Source of the DNA: a virus
Lineage: Duplodnaviria; Caudoviricetes
Virus record (IMG/VR): IMGVR_UViG_3300033407_000385
Coordinates: 1 to 39,641 of that record
Length of the DNA stretch: 39,641 nucleotides
Reading direction: 5' to 3' (one strand)
Positions 32,473-39,641 of this stretch are shown here, piece after piece. How positions within the stretch are numbered: the first letter of the stretch is position 1; each line of letters begins with the position of its first letter. Position numbers and translations under genes: made by a program. The notes under the pieces are model-generated. The model saw only the letters and a program-made list of their open reading frames with translations. It did no database searches and was not told where the DNA came from.

Positions 32473-35400
32473 TGCCCGGCTTTGCCGCAGCGCTCGCCCC
32501 GCTCGTCGCAGGCTTCACCGTCAAGTCGCTGGTGATCAAGCTCGCGCTCAACTTCGCGATCATGGCGGTGACGAAGAAGCTCAGCCGCAAGAAACGCCCG
32601 TCAGGATCGACTCTCGCCTCGGAGACCTCGCGCAAGAAATTCATCGTGCGAAGCTCCACCGCGCCGATGCGCATGATCTACGGCCGCGACAAGGTGTCCG
32701 GCGTGCTGGTCTACGCCGCCGTGACCGGCACAAAAAAAGACATCGTGCACATGGTGATGTTCGTGGCCGGCCATCCGTGCGAGGCGATCGACCAGTTCTG
32801 GCTGGACGACATCCAGGCGGGCGCGCGCGACGGCAACGGCAACGTCACTACCGGACAATTCGCGGGCAAGGTGCGCATCGTCGAGCACCTGGGCGCGCAC
32901 GCCGGGCCGGATGCCGATCTGGTGAGCGAGGTCGCGGCCTGGACTGACGACCACAAGGGGCTGGGTCTGACCTGGGTGTGGCTGAGGCTCGACATGAGCG
33001 ACGCGGACAAGACCTTCCCCGGCGGCCTGCCGACGCCGCGATTCGTCGTGCGCGGCAAAAACGACCTCTACGATCCGCGCACGGCGTCGAGCGGGTACAC
33101 CGACAACGCGGCGCTTTGCCAGCTCGATTATCTGCGCGGCGGCCACGGCTTCGGCGCGCCGGACAGCGAGCTGGACATGGTCCATTTCGAGGCGCAGGCG
33201 AATCTGTGCGACGAGTGGGCGCCGGCGCAGGATGCCATCGCTATCTCGAGCGCGGACATAGGCAACCCAGGCACCCTGCACCTCGCGGCCGCGCACAACA
33301 TGCGAACCGGCGATACCGCGCAGATCGCCGGCACCACAGGCTACACGCCTGACATCAACGGCGAGCACACGATCACCGTGGTCGACGCCGACAGCTTCAC
33401 GATCCCGGTCAACGTCACCGCCACCGGCACCGGCGGCACGTCGCAGCACGTGGAGCGGCGCTACACGTGCAACGGATCGTTCACGCGCGATCGCCGCATG
33501 CGCGACGTGATGGAGGACCTGCTCACCGCCAGCGCGGGCACCATCGCACCGCTGCGCGGTCTCTGGCGTGTGCACGGCGCGGCCGCCGGCGTGGTGACGC
33601 GCCCCAATCTCTCCGAGTCCGACATCGCCGGCGGCGTCAGCATCCGGCCGAAGCCCGGGCGGGACAACCTGTTCAACGCCGTGCGCGGCGTCTACGTCGA
33701 TCCGCTTCGCGCGTACCAGGACACCGACTTCCCCGTCGTGACCAACGCCACCTACGAGACCCAGGACGGCGGCGAGCGGATCTACCGGGACATCGAGCTG
33801 CCGTTCACGCAATCGGTCTTTGCCGCGCAGCGCCTGGCCCGCATCGAGCTGGACCGGGCGCGCACCGGCGTGATTTTCGAGGCGCCGCTGAAGAAGGCCG
33901 CGCTCGACATCGCCTACTGGGACGTGGTCGCGTGGGATCTCGATTTCATGGGGTGGAGCGGGAAGGAGTTTCGCCTGCTGAAATTCTCTCTCAAGCCCGA
34001 CGGTCAGATCGCCGGCGTGTTCCAGGGTGACGACCCGACCAGCTACGACGACGACCCGACGACGATCGCGCTCGGCGCCGGCGAGCAGACCATCGACTGG
34101 ACAGATCCCACGGTGGTTGCGCCACCCACGGGCGTGACGCTCGAGAGCGGGACCAATCATCTGCGACAAGGCAACGACGGCACCATCGTGTCCGTGATCC
34201 ACGTCGAGTGGACGCTCTCGGACGACGCCTACGTGCAGCACTACCGCATCGAGTACCGCCGGGTTGGCGCGGCCGAGTGGACGCCGGCGCACGTGACCGG
34301 CCCCGCCACCACGGAGGCCGATATCGTCGGCGTGGTCGACGGTGCCGATTACCAGGTGCGCATCCGCGCAGAGAATCGCCTGGGGTTTGCGTCAGACTGG
34401 GTCGAGCCGGCGGATCATACGGTGGTCGGCAAGACCGCCCCGCCCGCCGACGTCACCGGCTTCGCCGCGGCGCCCGGCACGGACGGCGTCGTCACCGCCT
34501 CGTTCCAGCCCGTGCAGGACGTCGACGTCGTCAGCGGCGGCGGCTACGAGATCCGCTACCTTCTCGGCGGCACGTTCGATTGGGGCACGGCAACCGCGCT
34601 CACCAGCGGGCATGTGACGGAGAGTCCGGTGCGTGTCGAGTTCACCGCGAGCGACGACGTTTATTCATTCGGTATTAAGGCCGTGGACACCTCGGGCAAC
34701 GAGTCAGTCAACGCAGACACCGTGCTGGGCGTCACGACTACCCACCCGAGTAATGTAGATGCGCCGATCGACATCGTGCTGTCCAGCGGCGACGCAACGG
34801 CGTATCGAAAAGCAGACGGCACCGTGGTCTCACGGCTGCTGGTGCAGTGGACGGATCCAACACACGCCAGTGCCGAGACCATCACCATCCAGATCCGCAG
34901 GCAAGGCGGCGCATGGGAGCCCGCGGGAACGGTGGATATCGACGTCGGCCAGGCGTACGTGTGGGACGTGGAGGACGGCGTCACCTACGAGGTGCGGCTG
35001 CGCGCGGTGGCCAAGCGCGGATTCGTCTCCACCTGGTCCGCCATCGATGCGCACATCATCGAGGGGTCCACCGCGCCGCCCTCGGACGTGCAGAATTTCA
35101 GCGTGACGGCCGGCGCCGACGGCTCCCTCACCTGCACCTGGGACGCCGTGCCGGACGTGAGCATCAAGGGCGGAGGCGGTTATCAGATCCGCTATCAGAT
35201 CGGCGCCACCTTCGATTGGGGGCCCGGCATCAACCTGCACGACGGCAACCTGCCGGGGTCGCCTTTCCGGGTGGAGTTCAACCAGGGAGACGAGACTTAC
35301 TCGTTCGGCTGCCGCGCGATCAATCCGACCGGCATCCTGTCGGATAACGTGGCGACGGCGCTCGCCGTGGACACCGCCCATCCGAGCCAGGTGGATGCGC

Positions 35401-36719
35401 CGACAGGGCTCACGCTGAGCTCCGGAGACGCTACCGCCTATGTGAAAAGCGACGGCACGGTAGTCTCTCGCATCAAGGTGGAGTGGACCGACCCCGTCCA
35501 TGCAGCCGCCCAGGCTATCGGCATCCAGGTGCTACGGCCCGCCGGCGTGTGGGAACCGGGGGGAACAGCGGAGCTGGGGCTCGGCCAGGCATACGTGTGG
35601 GACGTGGAGGATGGCGTTGGGTACTCGGTGCGGATCAGAACCCGCGCCTTCGGCTATGTCTCCGCCTGGGTCACCGAGCTCAATCATGTTGTGATCGGCA
35701 AGACGGCGCCGCCGCCGGATCCGGGGTCTCTGCTGGTCAACACGATGCCGGACGGCACGCGCGAGTTCCGCTGGTCGCTGCCCTCGCTGCCGAAAGACCT
35801 CGCGGGTTATCTGCTGAGATACCAGCCTGGCACCGGGCACGCCTGGGGAGCGCTCACCAAGCAGCTCTCGGATGAGGGCACGGGCATGGTGCTCTCCAGC
35901 CCGTACGAAACCGCGCAGCTCCCGGCCGGTACGTTCACTTTCGGCGTGGCGGCAGTGGATACATCCGGTAACGTCTCCGGCACGCCCAAGGTCGTCGAGG
36001 CCACGCTCGGCGATCCGCCGATTCTCGGCAGCTTGACGCAGTTGGACCTCGTGCGCGAGGGCTGGAGCGGGCAAAAGATCTCCTGCTCGTTGGGCTCGGT
36101 ATTCGGCGATCTGGTGGGCGATACGGCCGCCGGCCAGCAGTGGGCCAACATGATCACCTGGGCGACTCATCCGAACTGGATCTTCGCCTCCGTCTCGGCG
36201 TGGGAATACCGGCACGAGGACGGCGCCGGTGGCGCGCTTATCGACCTGGGATTCGACGGCCTGTTCACGCCGTTATTGAGCCTCACTACGGTTAACGCCA
36301 ACGTCACCGTCACCTACAACTATAAAACGGACGCCGGCGCGTATTCCGGTTGGGTGGGCGTGACGGGCCCCATCACCGCGCGCTACATCCGTATCAGGAT
36401 AGAGGTTGCGGTGCCGGATACCGGCAGGGCATCCGTTATCAGCCAGGCGTTTTTCATCGCCGCGGCGCAGCCGATCGAAGAGGTCGTCAACGATCTCGAT
36501 ACCTCCACCCTGGGCGCGCCGGCGGGGGATTTCCGTGTGCCGATCACAGAGACCTACGCCGTCATCACCGCCGTGCAGGTGATTTTCCAGAACACGGGCG
36601 GCGGCTGGAGCTACGAGGTCATCGACAAGGACCCGTCGCTTGGGCCGCGCATCAAAACGTACAACGCGACGCCGGCGCTGGCGGACGCAACCATAGACGC
36701 AGTAGTAAGAGGGCTTTAA
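32472..36719 (+). CDS. Central tail-tip/host-specificity protein (lambda J-like) with FN3 repeats
   Basis: IYGRDKVSG, LYDPRT...YTDNAALCQLDYL, AQRLARIEL; three repeated FN3 modules. Confidence 0.88.
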   Translation: MPGFAAALAPLVAGFTVKSLVIKLALNFAIMAVTKKLSRKKRPSGSTLASETSRKKFIVRSSTAPMRMIYGRDKVSGVLVYAAVTGTKKDIVHMVMFVAGHPCEAIDQFWLDDIQAGARDGNGNVTTGQFAGKVRIVEHLGAHAGPDADLVSEVAAWTDDHKGLGLTWVWLRLDMSDADKTFPGGLPTPRFVVRGKNDLYDPRTASSGYTDNAALCQLDYLRGGHGFGAPDSELDMVHFEAQANLCDEWAPAQDAIAISSADIGNPGTLHLAAAHNMRTGDTAQIAGTTGYTPDINGEHTITVVDADSFTIPVNVTATGTGGTSQHVERRYTCNGSFTRDRRMRDVMEDLLTASAGTIAPLRGLWRVHGAAAGVVTRPNLSESDIAGGVSIRPKPGRDNLFNAVRGVYVDPLRAYQDTDFPVVTNATYETQDGGERIYRDIELPFTQSVFAAQRLARIELDRARTGVIFEAPLKKAALDIAYWDVVAWDLDFMGWSGKEFRLLKFSLKPDGQIAGVFQGDDPTSYDDDPTTIALGAGEQTIDWTDPTVVAPPTGVTLESGTNHLRQGNDGTIVSVIHVEWTLSDDAYVQHYRIEYRRVGAAEWTPAHVTGPATTEADIVGVVDGADYQVRIRAENRLGFASDWVEPADHTVVGKTAPPADVTGFAAAPGTDGVVTASFQPVQDVDVVSGGGYEIRYLLGGTFDWGTATALTSGHVTESPVRVEFTASDDVYSFGIKAVDTSGNESVNADTVLGVTTTHPSNVDAPIDIVLSSGDATAYRKADGTVVSRLLVQWTDPTHASAETITIQIRRQGGAWEPAGTVDIDVGQAYVWDVEDGVTYEVRLRAVAKRGFVSTWSAIDAHIIEGSTAPPSDVQNFSVTAGADGSLTCTWDAVPDVSIKGGGGYQIRYQIGATFDWGPGINLHDGNLPGSPFRVEFNQGDETYSFGCRAINPTGILSDNVATALAVDTAHPSQVDAPTGLTLSSGDATAYVKSDGTVVSRIKVEWTDPVHAAAQAIGIQVLRPAGVWEPGGTAELGLGQAYVWDVEDGVGYSVRIRTRAFGYVSAWVTELNHVVIGKTAPPPDPGSLLVNTMPDGTREFRWSLPSLPKDLAGYLLRYQPGTGHAWGALTKQLSDEGTGMVLSSPYETAQLPAGTFTFGVAAVDTSGNVSGTPKVVEATLGDPPILGSLTQLDLVREGWSGQKISCSLGSVFGDLVGDTAAGQQWANMITWATHPNWIFASVSAWEYRHEDGAGGALIDLGFDGLFTPLLSLTTVNANVTVTYNYKTDAGAYSGWVGVTGPITARYIRIRIEVAVPDTGRASVISQAFFIAAAQPIEEVVNDLDTSTLGAPAGDFRVPITETYAVITAVQVIFQNTGGGWSYEVIDKDPSLGPRIKTYNATPALADATIDAVVRGL

Positions 36720-36721
36720 TT

Positions 36722-38053
36722 ATGGCGTGGCCGACCGGCGGCGATATCGTAGTCAACAACGTAGACGCCTCCACCGACGATCCCGATCTCGCCCGCGGCG
36801 ATCTGTTACTGCTGTTCCCGCAGCATAACGACATGAAGAACGCACGCGGCAATGCGAACGGCGTCGCGAGCCTGGACAGCGGCGGCAAAGTGCCGGTGGG
36901 CGAACTGCCCACCAACGTCGCCAACGGCATTGCCGGGCTCGATGCCGGCGCCAGGGTGCTGCCCGGGAACCTGCCGCGCGGTATCGCGAACGGCGTCGCG
37001 AGCCTGAATGCTTCGACGAAGATCCCCGCGGCCGAACTGCCGAACGCTACAGAGACCGCGGTGGGCGCCAGCGAGATTGCGACGCAGACGGAAGTAAACG
37101 CCGGCACCGACGATTTCCGGTACGTGACGCCCGCGAAGCTCAACAACTGGAACGGCGACGCATCCATCGTGACCGTGGGCACCGTCACCACCGGCGCGTG
37201 GAATGCAAGCACCATCTCCGTCAACAAGGGAGGCACGGGGCAGACTGGCTACACGAACGGCCAACTGCTGATCGGCAATACTACGAACTCGACGCTCGTC
37301 AAATCGACGCTGAGCGCCGGCACCGGGATCAGTATCGCCAACGGTGCCGGCAGCATCACTATCTCCATTGCATCACCCGTCGCGATCGTCAACGGCGGCA
37401 CCGGCGCGACCACGGCTTCTGGAGCCAGGACTAACCTGGGTCTGGGGTCCCTCGCGACGCTCTCGACCATCAACAACGGCAACTGGTCCGGCACCGACCT
37501 GGGCATCGTCAACGGCGGTACGGGGGGCAGCACTTCCAGCGCCGCGTTCGCAAACATTAAACAGGCCGCGAGCGAGACAGCCACCGGCGTCGTCGAGCGC
37601 GCCACGCAGGCGGAAGTGGACGCCGGGTCCGACGCCACGCGATACGTATCACCTGCAACGCTCAAGGCTTCGACTACCGCCTCTTTCCCCGCCGGGACCT
37701 TGATGCTGTTCCAGCAGACCTCCGCGCCCCCGGGATGGACGAAGCAGACGACGCATAACAACAAAGCTCTGCGCGTCGTCACCGGCACGGCGGGCAACGG
37801 CGGCGCGGCAGGCTTTACCAGCGTGTTCGGCAGCGGTAAGACGACCGGGGCGCACACGTTGACAGAGGCCCAGATGCCGGCGCACACGCACACGGAAGAG
37901 GAGGTTGCCGGCGGGGGATCCATTTTCGGAGGCGCCGGTACCCTGTTCACGCCGCTCAAAGACACAGGGTCTACCGGCGGTGGCGGGAGCCACTCGCACA
38001 CTCTGTCCCTCGACCTGCAGTACGTTGATCTGATTATCGCAGCGAAGGCCTAA
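36722..38053 (+). CDS. Tail fibre protein
   Basis: GVASLDSGGKVP-type repeats; ATQTEVNAGTD..YVTP twice; NGGTGATTASGARTNLGL; C-terminal FQQTSAPPGWTK...HTLTEAQMPAHTH. Confidence 0.88.
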   Translation: MAWPTGGDIVVNNVDASTDDPDLARGDLLLLFPQHNDMKNARGNANGVASLDSGGKVPVGELPTNVANGIAGLDAGARVLPGNLPRGIANGVASLNASTKIPAAELPNATETAVGASEIATQTEVNAGTDDFRYVTPAKLNNWNGDASIVTVGTVTTGAWNASTISVNKGGTGQTGYTNGQLLIGNTTNSTLVKSTLSAGTGISIANGAGSITISIASPVAIVNGGTGATTASGARTNLGLGSLATLSTINNGNWSGTDLGIVNGGTGGSTSSAAFANIKQAASETATGVVERATQAEVDAGSDATRYVSPATLKASTTASFPAGTLMLFQQTSAPPGWTKQTTHNNKALRVVTGTAGNGGAAGFTSVFGSGKTTGAHTLTEAQMPAHTHTEEEVAGGGSIFGGAGTLFTPLKDTGSTGGGGSHSHTLSLDLQYVDLIIAAKA

Positions 38054-38056
38054 TCA

Positions 38057-38437
38057 ATGAAATTAAGTGTAATCGTACCTGACAACAAAATTGTAATAGA
38101 CGGCGAGGCCCGCACAGTCGATCTGTCGGCACCCGCGGCACTCGGCATCCACGCCGTGCAGTGGGACGGTTCCAGAGGTCATCTCGAAGCCGCCGATCCG
38201 GGAACGGAGAACACCCCGCTCAACAAGCTGGACGCCGTACAGGAATATATCGATCTGTGGGAGACTAACCGCCCTGCGGCGCCCGACCTTCCGGCCGAAG
38301 ACCCCCAACGATTGCGGTATTTCGAGTTGCGCGAAAAGTTGGTTGATCAACTGATCTCAGGCGAGACGCTTATGCAGGCTGAAAAAGCGGAGTTCGCGGC
38401 ACTCGCCCGCACGTACGGCAGACTGACCGATGTTTAG
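38057..38437 (+). CDS. Hypothetical fibre-associated protein (possible chaperone)
   Basis: IHAVQWDGSRGHLE motif; follows the fibre gene. Confidence 0.65.
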   Translation: MKLSVIVPDNKIVIDGEARTVDLSAPAALGIHAVQWDGSRGHLEAADPGTENTPLNKLDAVQEYIDLWETNRPAAPDLPAEDPQRLRYFELREKLVDQLISGETLMQAEKAEFAALARTYGRLTDV

Positions 38438-38753
38438 CCGGCGGGCATCGTCACAGGGAGACGACCTTTGCCCATTCGACAAGCAACCCTGCGTCAAGCA
38501 TCAGTGCAAGCTGTATCTGGGGTTGATTGGCAGCAACCCCCAGACCGGAGAACCGGCGAAGGAGTACGATTGCGCGATAAACTGGCAAGTGGTGGTGACG
38601 CTGGAAGGTAACAAGGAGACGAGGCAAGCTGCGGCGGCAACAGAGTCCTTTCGCAACGAGGTCGCCGCATCCGTGCAGATTATGTTTCCAGGCAGCAGGG
38701 AAGAAATTGACAGGCAAGTGCGCCTGCTCGGCCGGGCAGGGGAGGAGAACTGA
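38430..38753 (+). CDS. Hypothetical Cys-containing protein
   Basis: CPF...C....C...G.NPQTG.....DCAI...ESFRNEV. Confidence 0.7.
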   Translation: MFSRRASSQGDDLCPFDKQPCVKHQCKLYLGLIGSNPQTGEPAKEYDCAINWQVVVTLEGNKETRQAAAATESFRNEVAASVQIMFPGSREEIDRQVRLLGRAGEEN

Positions 38754-39085
38754 TGCCCTACAAGCTCAGCGAACCCATACAGGTTGACGAGACGCGGGTG
38801 GTCCGCCAGGAAACGATCGCCGCGGAAGTCACAGCCTACCGCGTGGTGCGGTTCACGGTGGATCTCGACAAGGACCGGCTGGAGATTGTCGCAGTCGCCG
38901 AGGACGCGACCGGCCGGCGCGTCGAGACCGCACCCTACGGGCTGAGGCTCTCCGACCAGCCGGAGGCGTTCGCCGTCATCGAATCCGCCGACGCCGGCGT
39001 CTCGCTACGCGACCTCATCGCCCAGCGCCTCTACGCGCTCCTCGAACGGCGCGGCCTGGTGCCAATAGCGGGGACCGTGGAATGA
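38753..39085 (+). CDS. Hypothetical protein
   Basis: GGAGGAG RBS; TGATG overlap. Confidence 0.65.
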   Translation: MPYKLSEPIQVDETRVVRQETIAAEVTAYRVVRFTVDLDKDRLEIVAVAEDATGRRVETAPYGLRLSDQPEAFAVIESADAGVSLRDLIAQRLYALLERRGLVPIAGTVE

Positions 39086-39459
39086 TCACGATTGCAATCA
39101 GCGTGCTGATAATCTGGTCCGTCTTCGGCCCGGCCCTGCGCCGTTATGACGGCGGGGGGCGCGCGTTACCGTCTGACGGCTGCACCATCGCGGGGACCCT
39201 CTACGGCTGGTTCGGCGATGCGCCGCCCTGGCGGGACCACTGCATCCACGTCCACGATCCGGCCTACGCCAAGGGCGGGTCCTGGTGGCACCGCATCGTG
39301 GCCGACTGGCACCTCGCGCGTGTCATATGGCGCTGCGGCGACTGGCACCGCCTGGAGGCGGCGGCGGTGTTCGTGGGCTTGCTCTGCCTGGGCGGCCTGC
39401 CCTGGCCGTGGCGCCACTATCGGTGGGGCGGCGCGACGACAGCGTTGCTGACAGTTTAG
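39082..39459 (+). CDS. Phospholipase A2-like membrane-anchored protein
   Basis: N-terminal TM segment; DGCT...W..HC..VHD.AY..GG....R..AD pattern of prokaryotic PLA2-like proteins. Confidence 0.6.
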   Translation: MITIAISVLIIWSVFGPALRRYDGGGRALPSDGCTIAGTLYGWFGDAPPWRDHCIHVHDPAYAKGGSWWHRIVADWHLARVIWRCGDWHRLEAAAVFVGLLCLGGLPWPWRHYRWGGATTALLTV

Positions 39460-39574
39460 GCGACTTCCTCCAGCGCACGCCGGGGGCGAGCCGGAGGAGA
39501 TTTTGCAGGGTCTCGAGACAGCATTTAACCGGGCCTCAATGGCAGATTTTGAGCCCATTTTCGGCCCAGCGGCG

Positions 39575-39596
39575 GTGGCAGAACCATGTGTCGCGT
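39575..39596 (-). repeat. R2 transposase-binding site
   Basis: Reverse complement ACGCGACACATGGTTCTGCCAC, abutting R1. Confidence 0.9.
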
Positions 39597-39622
39597 GTGC
39601 CAGAACCATCTGTCGCGTTACA
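39597..39622 (-). repeat. Right terminal repeat (R1) ending in CA
   Basis: Inverted match to 12-37. Confidence 0.93.
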
Positions 39623-39641
39623 GCTCCATACGCTGGGTCCT

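Larger units (their letters stand above)
12..39622 (+). mobile_element. Complete Mu-like transposable phage/prophage (siphovirus-type tail)
   Basis: TG at 12-13 and CA at 39621-39622 with matching inverted terminal sequences; MuA/MuB, ner, gam, gemA, mor and Mu-like head genes in canonical order. Confidence 0.96.

Noticed and set aside
32601-34292. 563-aa minus-strand ORF (also 3862-5139, 26702-28255, 28497-29948)
   Set aside because: Antisense to well-supported genes
36722-39085. Invertible G-segment-type host-range switch
   Set aside because: No serine invertase, no inverted fibre copy and no flanking inverted sites recognised
39460-39574. Third right-end site (R3) and ORF 39166-39609 on the minus strand
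   Set aside because: No convincing match to the 22-bp consensus by eye; the ORF runs through end repeats and antisense to a gene

Overview
The window holds an apparently complete ~39.6 kb Mu-like (transposable) phage genome, bounded by TG...CA termini at 12 and 39622 with five copies of a 22-bp end repeat (three left, two right) and only 11 and 19 bp of flank. Gene order: accessory secreted-protein gene and an S24-type repressor (minus strand), then ner, MuA-type DDE transposase, MuB-type ATPase, semi-essential early genes (gam, gemA, mor/C), lysis cassette, Mu gp25-gp32-like head genes, a lambda-E-like capsid, a non-contractile (siphovirus) tail, tail fibre and a PLA2-like terminal gene. No gin/invertible segment or mom was recognised. 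The most interesting signals are: (1) an independently promoted operon of small unknown ORFs ending in a KorA/TrfB-like HTH gene, inserted between gpG and protease I, the position of anti-CRISPR loci in Pseudomonas Mu-like phages; (2) a MuF protein with a C-terminal nuclease-like extension followed not by an immunity gene but by a predicted kissing-loop RNA; (3) a second kissing-loop RNA after the capsid gene; (4) two identically spaced, near-leaderless late promoters; (5) Fur-box-like, IHF and phased repeats in the left end. All product calls rest on motif recognition and synteny; no searches were run.
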